The translations under genes were made by a program, and so were the position numbers. The notes beneath the pieces were generated by a model, which was not told where the DNA came from, did not search any database, and was given only the letters and a program-made list of their open reading frames with translations. From Bugula neritina (taxonomy: Eukaryota > Animalia > Bryozoa), in contig CAXIUT010000230.1 in the NCBI GenBank assembly GCA_964035545.1, positions 310,001 to 374,000 on the forward strand: 64,000 nt of DNA, read 5' to 3'. The stretch's first letter is position 1; the number at the start of each line of letters is the position of its first letter. Positions 31,881 through 47,700 of this stretch are shown here, in pieces.

Positions 31881-34800
31881 CCTAAATATACGGTAATATA
31901 CTGAAATATACTGTAACACATTGAAAAATACTACAAAATACTGAAATACACTGCAACATACTACAACATACTGAAATACGCTGTAATACATTGAAATCCA
32001 CTGCAACACATTGAAATATACTGTAACTCGCTGAAACATACTGTAACTCACTGAAATATAGTGTAATATACGGAAATGTACTGTAAAATACTGGAATATA
32101 ATGTAACACACTGAAATATACTGCAACATACTGAAATACACTGTAACATACTGAAATAAACTGCAACATCCTGCAACATACTGAAATACACTGTAACATA
32201 CTGAAATACACTGCAACATCCTACAAGATACTGAAATACACTGTAACGTATTGAAGTACACTGCAACACATTGAAGTATTCTGCAACACACTTAAACATA
32301 CGGCAACATACTGAAATATACTTCGGCACATTGCAATATACTGCAGCATACTGAAATATGCTGTAGCCTACTGAAATACACTGCATTATACTGAAATACA
32401 CTGCTACATACTGAAATATACTGCAACATACTGAAATATACTGCGACACATTGCAATATACTGTAACATACTGAAATATGCTGTAGCACACTGAAATACA
32501 CTGCAACTCACTGAAATATACTGCAACATACTGAAATAGACTGTAACATATTGAAATATACTGCAACATACTGAAATACAGTGCTACATACTGAAATATA
32601 CTGCAACATACTGCAACATACTGAAATACACTGCAACACACTGAAAAACACTGCAAAATACTGTAACACACTGAAATAAACTGCAAAACACTGAAATACA
32701 CTGCTACATACTGAAATATACTGCAACACAGTGCAACATGCTGCAACATACTAAAATTTACTGCAACATACTGAAATACACTGCAAAATACTGAAATACA
32801 CTGTAACATACTGAAATACACTGCAAAATACTACAACATTTTGACATACACTGGAATACATTGAAATATACTGCAACATACCTAAATATACGGTAATATA
32901 CTGAAATATACTGTAACACATTGAAAAATACTACAAAATACTGAAATACACTGCAACAAACTACAACATACTGAAATACGCTGTAATACATTGAAATCCA
33001 CTGCAACACATTGAAATATAGTGTAACTCGCTGAAACATACTGTAACTCACTGAAATATAGTGTAATATACGGAAATGTACTGTAAAATACTGGAATATA
33101 ATGTAACACACTGAAATATACTGCAACATACTGAAATACACTGTAACTTACTGAAATATACTGCAACATCCTGCAACATACTGAAATACACTGTAACATA
33201 CCGAAATACACTGCAACATCCTACAAGATACTGAAATACACTGTAACGTATTGAAGTACACTGCAACACATTGAAGTATTCTGCAACACACTTAAACATA
33301 CGGCAACATACTGAAATATACTTCGGCACATTGCAATATACTGCAGCATACTGAAATATGCTGTAGCCTACTGAAATACACTGCATTATACTGAAATACA
33401 CTGCTACATACTGAAATATACTGCAACATACTGAAATACACTGTAATATGCTGAATTACACTGCAACACATTGAAATATACTGCAACATAGCAAAATATA
33501 TATTAAACTACTGAAAAATACTTTAACACATTGAAAAATACTGCAACATACATAATTATACTGTAACACACTGAAATATACTGCAACATACTGAAATACA
33601 CAGTAAAATACTGAAATACACTGCAACATACTACAACATATTGAAAAACACTGCAACACATTGAATATACTGCAACATACTTAAATATGCGGTAATATAC
33701 TGAAATAAACTCTAACACATTGAAAATACTGCAACATACTGAAATACACTGCAACACACCGAAATATAATGCAAAATAAAACAACATACTGAAATACACT
33801 GTAACATATTGAAATACACTGTAACACATTGAAATATACTGCAACATACCGAGATATATTGTAAACTACTGAAATATACTGTAACACATTGAAAAATACT
33901 GCAACATACTGAAATTTCTTGCGACACATTGCAATATACTGTAACATACTGAAATATGTTGTAGCACACTGAAATATACTGCAAAATACTGAAATACACT
34001 AAAACATATTGAAAAATACTGCAACATACTGAAATACACTGTAACATACTGAAATGCACTGCAAAATACTACAACATATTGAAATACACTGCAACATACC
34101 TAAATATTCGGTAAGATACTGAAATATACTGTAACACATTAAAAAAGTACAGCAACATACTGAAAAATACTGCAAGATACTGCAACATACTAAAATACAC
34201 TGTAACATAATGAAACACACTGCAACATACTGCATTATACTGACATACACTGGAACATAATGAAATACACTGCAACAAATTGAAGTATACTGCAACACAC
34301 CGAAACATACGGCAACATACTGAAATATACTGCGACAGATTGAAATGTACAGCAACATACTGAAATATACTGCGACACATTGCAAAATACTGCAACATAC
34401 TGAAATACGCGGTAATATATTGAAATACACTGCAACACATTGAAATATACTGTAACTCGCTGAAATATAGTGTAATATACGGAAATGTACTGTAACATAC
34501 TGGAATATACTGTAACACACTGAAGTATACTGCAACATACTGAAATGCAGTGCTACATACTGAAATATACTGCAACATACTGCAACATATTCAAATACAC
34601 TGTAACATACTGAAATATACTACTACACACTGCAACATTTGGCAACATACTGAAATATACTGCGACACATTGCAGTATACTGAAACATACTGAAATATGC
34701 TGTAGCACACCGAAATACACTGCAACTCACTGAAATATACTGCAACATACTGAAATACACTGTGACATACTGAAATATACTGCGACATACTGCACCATAC

Positions 34801-35560
34801 TGAAATACACTGCAACACATTGAAATATACTGCAAAATACTGAATTACAGTGCTACATACTGAAAGATACTGCAACATACCGAAATACACTGTAACATGT
34901 TGAAATATACTGCAACATACCTAAATATACGGTAATATACCAAAATATACTGTAACACATTGAAAAATACTGCAACATACTGAAATACACTGCAACCTCT
35001 GAAAAACACTGCAAAATACTGTAACACACTCAAATATACTGCAAAACACCGAAATACACTGCTACATACTGAAATATACTGCAACACACTGCAACATACT
35101 GCAACATACTAAAATATACTGCAACATACTGAAATACACTGCAAAATACTGAAATACACTGTAACATACTGAAATATACTGCGACACATTGCAATATACT
35201 GTAACATACTGAAATATGCTGTAGCACACTGAAATACACTGCAACTCACTGAAATATACTGCACCATACTGAAATACACTGTAACATATTGAAATATACT
35301 GCAACATACTGCAACATACTGAAATACACTGGAACATATTGAAATACACTGCAACAAATTGAAGTATACTGCAACACACTGAAACACACTGAAATACACC
35401 GCAAAACACTACAACATACTGAAACATACTGCAACATACTGAAATACACTACTACTTACTGAAATATACTGCAACATACTGCACCATACTGAAATACACT
35501 GTAACATACTGAAATACACTGCAACATAATACAATATATTGAAATACACTGCAACACATT
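28900..35560. repeat. 3718-bp offset duplication including module D
   Basis: ORF pairs 29164/32882, 29574/33292, 29738/33456, 30281/33999. The offset becomes 3698 (31332/35030) after a 20-bp loss at ~34805. Shared GCAACAAACTACAAC variant (~29240/32958). Confidence 0.85.
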
Positions 35561-36699
35561 GAAATATACTGCAACATACTGAAATATACTGCGACACATT
35601 GCAATATACTGTAACATACTGAAATATGCTGTAGCACATTGAAATACACTGCAACTCACTGAAATATACTGCAACATACTGATATACACTGTAACATATT
35701 GAAATACACTGCAACATACTGAAATACAGTGCTACATACTGAAATATACTGCAACATACTGCAACATACTGAAATACACTGTAACATACTGAAATACACT
35801 GCAACATACTACAACATATTGAAAGACACTGCAACACATTGAAATATGCTGCAACATACCTAAATATACGGTAATATACCAAAATAAACTGTTACACATT
35901 GAAAAATACTGCAACATACTGAAATACACTGCAACACACTGAAAAACACTGCAAAATACTGTAACACACTGAAATATACTACAAAATACTGAAATACACT
36001 GCTACATACTTAAATATACTGCAACACACTGCAACATACTGCAACATACTAAAATATACTGCAACATACTGAAATACACTGCAAAATACTGAAATACACT
36101 GTAACATACTGAAATATACTGCAACATACTGAAGTACACTCCTACATACTGAAATATACTGCAACTCACTGCAACATACTGCAACATACTAAAATACACT
36201 GTAACATATTGAAATACACTGCAACACATTGAAATATACTGCAAAATATTGAAATACACTGCTACACACTGAATTATACTGCAACACACGGCAACATACT
36301 GCAACATACTAAAATATACTGCAACATACTGAAATACACTGCAAAATACTGAAATACGCTGTAACATACTGAAATATACTGCAACATACTGAAATATACT
36401 GCTACATACTGAAATATACTGCAACACACTGCAACATACTGCAACATACTAAAATACACTGTAACATAATGAAATACACTGCAACACATTGAAATATACT
36501 GCAAAATACTGAAATACACTGCTATATACTGAAATATACTGCAACACACTGCAACATACTGCAACATACTAAAATATACTGCAACATACTGAAATACACT
36601 GCAAAATACTGAAATACACTGTAACATACTGAAATATACTGCAACATACTGAAATACACTGCTACATACTGAAATAAACTGCAACATCCTGCAACATAC

Positions 36700-39600
36700 T
36701 GAAATACACTGCAACATACTGAAATACACTGCAACATACTACAACATATTGAAAGACACTGCAACACATTGAAATATGCTGCAACATACCTAAATATACG
36801 GTAATATACCAAAATAAACTGTTACACATTGAAAAATACTGCAACATACTGAAATACACTGCAACACACTGAAAAACACTGTAAAATACTGTAACACACT
36901 GAAATATACTGCAAAATACTGAAATACACTGCTACATACTTAAATATACTGCAACACACTGCAACATACTGCAACATACTAAAATATACTGCAACATACT
37001 GAAATACACTGCAAAATACTGAAATACGCTGTAACATACTGAAATATACTGCAACATACTGAAGTACACTCCTACATACTGAAATATACTGCAACTCACT
37101 GCAACATACTGCAACATACTAAAATACACTGTAACATATTGAAATACACTGCAACACATTGAAATATACTGCAAAATATTGAAATACACTGCTACACACT
37201 GAAATATACTGCAACACACGGCAACATACTGCAACATACTAAAATACACTGCAACATACTGAAATACACTGCAAAATACTGAAATACGCTGTAACATACT
37301 GAAATATACTGCAACATACTGAAATATACTGCTACATACTGAAATATACTGCAACACACTGCAACATACTGCAACATACTAAAATACACTGTAACATAAT
37401 GAAATACACTGCAACACATTGAAATATACTGCAAAATACTGAAATAGACTGTAACGTACTGAAATAAACTGCAACATCCTGCAACATACTGAAATACACT
37501 GTAACATACTGAAATACACTGCAACATCCTACAAGATACTGAAATACACTGTAACGTATTGAAGTACACTGCAACACATTGAAGTATTCTGCAACACACT
37601 TAAACATACGGCAACATACTGAAATATACTTCGGCACATTGCAATATACTGCAGCATACTGAAATATGCTGTAGCCTACTGAAATACACTGCATTATACT
37701 GAAATACACTGCTACATACTGAAATATACTGCAACATACTGAAATATACTGCGAAACATTGCAATATACTGTAACATACTGAAATATGCTGTAGCACACT
37801 GAAATACACTGCAACTCACTGAAATATACTGCAACATACTGAAATACACTGTAACATATTGAAATATACTGCAACATACTGAAATACAGTGCTACATACT
37901 GAAATATACTGCACCATACTGCAACATACTGAAATACACTGTAACATACTGAAATTCACTGCAACATACTACAACATATTGAAAGACACTGCAACACATT
38001 GAAATATGCTGCAACATACCTAAATATACGGTAATATACCAAAATAAACTGTTACACATTGAAAAATACTGCAACATACTGAAATACACTGCAACACACT
38101 GAAAAACACTGCAAAATACTGTAACACACTGAAATATACTGCAAAATACTCAAATACACTGCTACATACTTAAATATACTGCAACACACTGCAACATACT
38201 GCAACATACTAAAATATACTGCAACATACTGAAATACACTGCAAAATACTGAAATACACTGTAACATACTGAAATATACTGCAACATACTGAAGTACACT
38301 CCTACATACTGAAATATACTGCAACTCACTGCAACATACTGCAACATACTAAAATACACTGTAACATATTGAAATACACTGCAACACATTGAAATATACT
38401 GCAAAATATTGAAATACACTGCTACACACTGAAATATACTGCAACACACGGCAACATACTGCAACATACTAAAATATACTGCAACATACTGAAATACACT
38501 GCAAAATACTGAAATACGCTGTAACATACTGAAATATACTGCAACATACTGAAATATACTGCTACATACTGAAATATACTGCAACACACTGCAACATACT
38601 GCAACACACTAAAATACACTGTAACATAATAAAATACACTGCAACACATTGAAATATACTGCAAAATACTGAAATACACTGCAACATACTGAAATACACT
38701 GCAACATACTACAACATATTGAAAGACACTGCAACACATTGAAATATGCTGCAACATACCTAAATATACGGTAATATACCAAAATAAACTGTTACACATT
38801 GAAAAATACTGCAACATACTGAAATACACTGCAACACACTGAAAAACACTGTAAAATACTGTAACACACTGAAATATACTGCAAAATACTGAAATACACT
38901 GCTACATACTTAAATATACTGCAACACACTGCAACATACTGCAACATACTAAAATATACTGCAACATACTGAAATACACTGCAAAATACTGAAATACGCT
39001 GTAACATACTGAAATATACTGCAACATACTGAAGTACACTCCTACATACTGAAATATACTGCAACTCACTGCAACATACTGCAACATACTAAAATACACT
39101 GTAACATAATGAAATACACTGCAACACATTGAAATATACTGCAAAATATTGAAATACACTGCTACACACTGAAATATACTGCAACACACGGCAACATACT
39201 GCAACATACTAAAATATACTGCAACATACTGAAATACACTGCAAAATACTGAAATACGCTGTAACATACTGAAATATACTGCAACATACTGAAATATACT
39301 GCTACATACTGAAATATACTGCAACACACTGCAACATACTGCAACATACTAAAATACACTGTAACATAATGAAATACACTGCAACACATTGAAATATACT
39401 GCAAAATACTGAAATAGACTGTAACGTACTGAAATAAACTGCAACATCCTGCAACATACTGAAATACACTGTAACATACTGAAATACACTGCAACATCCT
39501 ACAAGATACTGAAATACACTGTAACGTATTGAAGTACACTGCAACACATTGAAGTATTCTGCAACACACTTAAACATACGGCAACATACTGAAATATACT

Positions 39601-40640
39601 TCGGCACATTGCAATATACTGCAGCATACTGAAATATGCTGTAGCCTACTGAAATACACTGCATTATACTGAAATACACTGCTACATACTGAAATATACT
39701 GCAACATACTGAAATATACTGCGAAACATTGCAATATACTGTAACATACTGAAATATGCTGTAGCACACTGAAATACACTGCAACTCACTGAAATATACT
39801 GCAACATACTGAAATACACTGTAACATATTGAAATATACTGCAACATACTGAAATACAGTGCTACATACTGAAATATACTGCACCATACTGCAACATACT
39901 GAAATACACTGTAACATACTGAAATTCACTGCAACATACTACAACATATTGAAAGACACTGCAACACATTGAAATATGCTGCAACATACCTAAATATACG
40001 GTAATATACCAAAATAAACTGTTACACATTGAAAAATACTGCAACATACTGAAATACACTGCAACACACTGAAAAACACTGCAAAATACTGTAACACACT
40101 GAAATATACTGCAAAATACTCAAATACACTGCTACATACTTAAATATACTGCAACACACTGCAACATACTGCAACATACTAAAATATACTGCAACATACT
40201 GAAATACACTGCAAAATACTGAAATACACTGTAACATACTGAAATATACTGCAACATACTGAAGTACACTCCTACATACTGAAATATACTGCAACTCACT
40301 GCAACATACTGCAACATACTAAAATACACTGTAACATATTGAAATACACTGCAACACATTGAAATATACTGCAAAATATTGAAATACACTGCTACACACT
40401 GAAATATACTGCAACACACGGCAACATACTGCAACATACTAAAATATACTGCAACATACTGAAATACACTGCAAAATACTGAAATACGCTGTAACATACT
40501 GAAATATACTGCAACATACTGAAATATACTGCTACATACTGAAATATACTGCAACACACTGCAACATACTGCAACATACTAAAATACACTGTAACATAAT
40601 AAAATACACTGCAACACATTGAAATATACTGCAAAATACT
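36700..40640. repeat. 1970-bp tandem duplication
   Basis: ORF pairs 36822/38792, 37192/39162, 37600/39570, 38422/40392. Shared GAAATAGACT (37441/39411) and GAAATTCACT (37951/39921). Confidence 0.92.
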
Positions 40641-41164
40641 GAAATACACTGCTATATACTGAAATATACTGCAACACACTGCAACATACTGCAACATACT
40701 AAAATATACTGCAACATACTGAAAAACTCTGCAAAATACTGAAATACACTGTAACATACTGAAATATACTGCAACATACTACAACATTTTGAAATACACT
40801 GCAATTCATTGAAATATACTGCAACATACCTAAATATACGGTAATATACTGAAATATACTGTAACACATTGAAAAATACTACAAAATACTGAAATACACT
40901 GCAACATACTACAACATACTGAAATACGCTGTAATACATTGAAATCCACTGCAACACATTGAAATATACTGTAACTCGCTGAAACATACTGTAACTCACT
41001 GAAATATAGTGTAATATACGGAAATGTACTGTAAAATACTGGAATATAATGTAACACACTGAAATATACTGCAACATACTGAAATACACTGTAACATACT
41101 GAAATAAACTGCAACATCCTGCAACATACTGAAATACACTGTAACATACTGAAATACACTGCAA

Positions 41165-44100
41165 CATCCTGCAAAATACTGAAATACACTGCTATATACT
41201 GAAATATACTGCAACACACTGAAACATACTGCAACATACTAAAATATACTGCAACATACTGAAATACACTGCAACACAGTGAAATATACTGCAATGTGCC
41301 GAAATATATGGTAAACTACTGAAATATACTGTCACACATTGAATATTACTGCAACATACTGAAATAAACTGCGACACATTGCTATATACTGTAACATACC
41401 GAAATATGCTGTAGCACATTGAAATACACTGCAACTCACTGAAATACAGTGCTACATACTGAAATATACTGCAACATACTGCAACATACTGAAATACACT
41501 GTAACAAACTGAAATACACTGCAACATACTACAACATTTTGAAACACACTGCAACACATTGAAATATACTGCAACATACCTAAATATACGGTAATATACC
41601 AAAATATACTGTAACACATTGAAAAATACTGCAACATACTGAAATACACTGCAACACACTGAAAAACACTGCAAAATACTGTAACACACTGAAATAAACT
41701 GCAAAACACTGAAATACACTGCTACATACTGAAATATACTGCAACACAGTGCAACATGCTGCAACATACTAAAATATACTGCAACATACTGAAATACACT
41801 GCAAAATACTGAAATACACTGTAACATACTGAAATACACTGCAAAATACTACAACATTTTGACATACACTGGAATACATTGAAATATACTGCAACATACC
41901 TAAATATACGGTAATATACTGAAATATACTGTAACACATTGAAAAATACTACAAAATACTGAAATACACTGCAACATACTACAACATACTGAAATACGCT
42001 GTAATACATTGAAATCCACTGCAACACATTGAAATATAGTGTAACTCGCTGAAACATACTGTAACTCACTGAAATATAGTGTAATATACGGAATGTACTG
42101 TAAAATACTGGAATATAATGTAACACACTGAAATATACTGCAACATACTGAAATACACTGTAACTTACTGAAATATACTGCAGCATCCTGCAACATACTG
42201 AAATACACTGTAACATACTGAAATACACTGCAACATCCTACAAGATACTGAAATACACTGTAACGTATTGAAGTACACTGCAACACATTGAAGTATTCTG
42301 CAACACACTTAAACATACGGCAACATACTGAAATATACTTCGGCACATTGCAATATACTGGAGCATACTGAAATATGCTGTAGCCTACTGAAATACACTG
42401 CATTATACTAAAATACACTGCTACATACTGAAATATACTGCAACATACTGAAATACACTGTAATATGCTGAATTACACTGCAACACATTGAAATATACTG
42501 CAACATAGCAAAATATATATTAAACTACTGAAAAATACTTTAACACATTGAAAAATACTGCAACATACATAATTATACTGTAACACACTGAAATATACTG
42601 CAACATACTGAAATACACTGTAAAATACTGAAATACACTGCAACATACTACAACATATTGAAAAACACTGCAACACATTGAATATACTGCAACATACCTA
42701 AATATGCGGTAATATACTGAAATAAACTCTAACACATTGAAAATACTGCAACATACTGAAATACACTGCAACACACCGAAATATAATGCAAAATAAAACA
42801 ACATACTGAAATACACTGTAACATATTGAAATACACTGTAACACATTGAAATATACTGCAACATACCGAGATATATTGTAAACTACTGAAATATACTGTA
42901 ACACATTGAAAAATACTGCAACATACTGAAATTTCTTGCGACACATTGCAATATACTGTAACATACTGAAATATGCTGTAGCACACTGAAATATACTGCA
43001 AAATACTGAAATACACTAAAACATATTGAAAAATACTGCAACATACTGAAATACACTGTAACATACTGAAATGCACTGCAAAATACTACAACATATTGAA
43101 ATACACTGCAACATACCTAAATATTCGGTAAGATACTGAAATATACTGTAACACATTAAAAAAGTACAGCAACATACTGAAAAATACTGCAAGATACTGC
43201 AACATACTAAAATACACTGTAACATAATGAAACACACTGCAACATACTGCATTATACTGACATACACTGGAACATAATGAAATACACTGCAACAAATTGA
43301 AGTATACTGCAACACACCGAAACATACGGCAACATACTGAAATATACTGCGACAGATTGAAATGTACAGCAACATACTGAAATATACTGCGACACATTGC
43401 AAAATACTGCAACATACTGAAATACGCGGTAATATATTGAAATACACTGCAACACATTGAAATATACTGTAACTCGCTGAAATATAGTGTAATATACGGA
43501 AATGTACTGTAACATACTGGAATATACTGTAACACACTGAAGTATACTGCAACATACTGAAATGCAGTGCTACATACTGAAATATACTGCAACACACTGA
43601 AATACACCGCAAAATACTACAACATACTGAAATACACTGTAACATATTGAAATACACTGCAACACATTGAAACATACTGCAATGTACCGAAATATATGGT
43701 AAACTACTGAAATATACTGTCACACATTGCAATATACTGTAACATACTGAAATATGCTGTAGCACATTGAAATACACTGCAACTCACTGAAATATACTGC
43801 AACATACTGAAATAGACTGCAACACATTGAAATATACTACTACACACTGCAACATTTGGCAACATACTGAAATATACTGCGACACATTGCAGTATACTGA
43901 AACATACTGAAATATGCTGTAGCACACCGAAATACACTGCAACTCACTGAAATATACTGCAACATACTGAAATACACTGTGACATACTGAAATATACTGC
44001 GACATACTGCACCATACTGAAATACACTGTAACATACTGAAATACACTGCAACACATTGAAATATACTGCAAAATACTGAAATACAGTGCTACATACTGA

Positions 44101-47100
44101 AAGATACTGCAACATACCGAAATACACTGTAACATGTTGAAATATACTGCAACATACCTAAATATACGGTAATATACCAAAATATACTGTAACACATTGA
44201 AAAATACTGCAACATACTGAAATACACTGCAACCTCTGAAAAACACTGCAAAATACTGTAACACACTCAAATATACTGCAAAACACCGAAATACACTGCT
44301 ACATACTGAAATATACTGCAACACACTGCAACAAACTGCAACATACTAAAATATACTGCAACATACTGAAATACACTGCAAAATACTGAAATACACTGTA
44401 ACATACTGAAATATACTGCGACACATTGCAATATACTGTAACATACTGAAATATGCTGTAGCACACTGAAATACACTGCAACTCACTGAAATATACTGCA
44501 ACATACTGAAATACACTGTAACATATTGAAATATACTGCAACATACTGCAACATACTGAAATACACTGGAACATATTGAAATACACTGCAACAAATTGAA
44601 GTATACTGCAACACACTGAAACACACTGAAATACACCGCAAAACACTACAACATACTGAAACATACTGCAACATACTGAAATACACTACTACATACTGAA
44701 ATATACTGCAACATACTGCACCATACTGAAATACACTGTAACATACTGAAATACACTGCAACATAATACAATATATTGAAATACACTGCAACACATTGAA
44801 ATATACTGCAACATACTGAAATATACTGCGACACATTGCAATATACTGTAACATACTGAAATATGCTGTAGCACATTGAAATACACTGCAACTCACTGAA
44901 ATATACTGCAACATACTGATATACACTGTAACATATTGAAATACAGTGCAACATACTGAAATACAGTGCTACATACTGAAATATACTGCAACATACTGCA
45001 ACATACTGAAATACACTGTAACAAACAGAAATACACTGCAACATACTACAACATTTTGAAACACACTGCAACACATTGAAATATACTGCAACATACCTAG
45101 AAATACGGTAATATACCAAAATATACTGTAACACATTGAAAAATACTGCAACATACTGAAATACACTGCAACACACTGAAAGACACTGCAAAATACTGTA
45201 ACACACTGAAATATACTGCAAAACACTGAAATACACTGCTACATACTGAAATATACTGCAACACAGTGCAACATACTGCAACATACTAAAATATACTGCA
45301 ACATACTGAAATACACTGCAAAATACTGATTTACACTGTAACATACTGAAATACACTGCAAAATACTACAACATTTTGAAATACACTGCAATACATTGAA
45401 ATATACTCCAACATACCTAAATATACGGTAATATACTGAAATATACTGTAACACATTGAAAAATACTACAAAATACTGAAATACACTGCAACATACTACA
45501 ACATACTGAAATACGCTGTAATACATTGAAATCAACTGCAACACATTGAAGTATACTGTAACTCGCTGAAACATACTGTAACTCACTGAAATATAGTGTA
45601 ATATACGGAAATGTACTGTAAAATACTGGAATATAATGTAACACACTGAAATATACTGCAACATACTGAAATACACTGAAACATACTGAAATATACTGCA
45701 ACATCCTGCAACATACTGAAATACACTGCAACATACTGAAATACACTGAAACATACTGAAATACACTGCAACATCCTACAAGATACTGAAATACACTGTA
45801 ACGTATTGAAGTACACTGCAACACATTGAAGTATTCTGCAACACACTTAAACATACGGCAACATACTGAAATATACTTCGGCACATTGCAATATACTGCA
45901 GCATACTGAAATATGCTGTAGCCTACTGAAATACACTGCATTATACTGAAATACACTGCTACATACTGAAATATACTGCAACATACTGAAATATACTGCG
46001 AAACATTGCAATATACTGTAACATACTGAAATATGCTGTAGCACACTGAAATACACTGCAACTCACTGAAATATACTGCAACATACTGAAATACACTGTA
46101 ACATATTGAAATATACTGCAACATACTGAAATACAGTGCTACATACTGAAATATACTGCACCATACTGCAACATACTGAAATACACTGTAACATACTGAA
46201 ATTCACTGCAACATACTACAACATATTGAAAGACACTGCAACACATTGAAATATGCTGCAACATACCTAAATATACGGTAATATACCAAAATAAACTGTT
46301 ACACATTGAAAAATACTGCAACATACTGAAATACACTGCAACACACTGAAAAACACTGCAAAATACTGTAACACACTGAAATATACTGCAAAATACTCAA
46401 ATACACTGCTACATACTTAAATATACTGCAACACACTGCAACATACTGCAACATACTAAAATATACTGCAACATACTGAAATACACTGCAAAATACTGAA
46501 ATACACTGTAACATACTGAAATATACTGCAACATACTGAAGTACACTCCTACATACTGAAATATACTGCAACTCACTGCAACATACTGCAACATACTAAA
46601 ATACACTGTAACATATTGAAATACACTGCAACACATTGAAATATACTGCAAAATATTGAAATACACTGCTACACACTGAAATATACTGCAACACACGGCA
46701 ACATACTGCAACATACTAAAATATACTGCAACATACTGAAATACACTGCAAAATACTGAAATACGCTGTAACATACTGAAATATACTGCAACATACTGAA
46801 ATATACTGCTACATACTGAAATATACTGCAACACACTGCAACATACTGCAACATACTAAAATACACTGTAACATAATAAAATACACTGCAACACATTGAA
46901 ATATACTGCAAAATACTGAAATACACTGCTATATACTGAAATATACTGCAACACACTGCAACATACTGCAACATACTAAAATATACTGCAACATACTGAA
47001 AAACTCTGCAAAATACTGAAATACACTGTAACATACTGAAATATACTGCAACATACTACAACATTTTGAAATACACTGCAATTCATTGAAATATACTGCA

Positions 47101-47700
47101 ACATACCTAAATATACGGTAATATACTGAAATATACTGTAACACATTGAAAAATACTACAAAATACTGAAATACACTGCAACATACTACAACATACTGAA
47201 ATACGCTGTAATACATTGAAATCCACTGCAACACATTGAAATATACTGTAACTCGCTGAAACATACTGTAACTCACTGAAATATAGTGTAATATACGGAA
47301 ATGTACTGTAAAATACTGGAATATAATGTAACACACTGAAATATACTGCAACATACTGAAATACACTGTAACATACTGAAATAAACTGCAACATCCTGCA
47401 ACATACTGAAATACACTGTAACATACTGAAATACACTGCAACATCCTACAAGATACTGAAATACACTGTAACGTATTGAAGTACACTGCAACACATTGAA
47501 GTATTCTGCAACACACTTAAACATACGGCAACATACTGAAATATACTTCGGCACATTGCAATATACTGCAGCATACTGAAATGTGCTGTAGCCTACTGAA
47601 ATACACTGCATTATACTGAAATACACTGCTACATACTGAAATATACTGCAACATACTGAAATAAACCGCGACACATTGCAATATACTGTAACATACTGAA
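41165..47700. repeat. Long-range copy of ~21150-27690 (offset 20014, then 20013)
   Basis: ORF pairs 21178/41192, 22460/42473, 23003/43016, 24633/44646, 25834/45847, 27094/47107. Both carry the long (+200 bp) allele of module D. Confidence 0.88.

Noticed and set aside
42089-42096. Private 1-bp deletion (GGAATGTAC versus GGAAATGTAC), with a similar one at ~59856 (ACTGAATATA)
   Set aside because: These are singleton A-homopolymer contractions, likely errors or trivial recent slippage.
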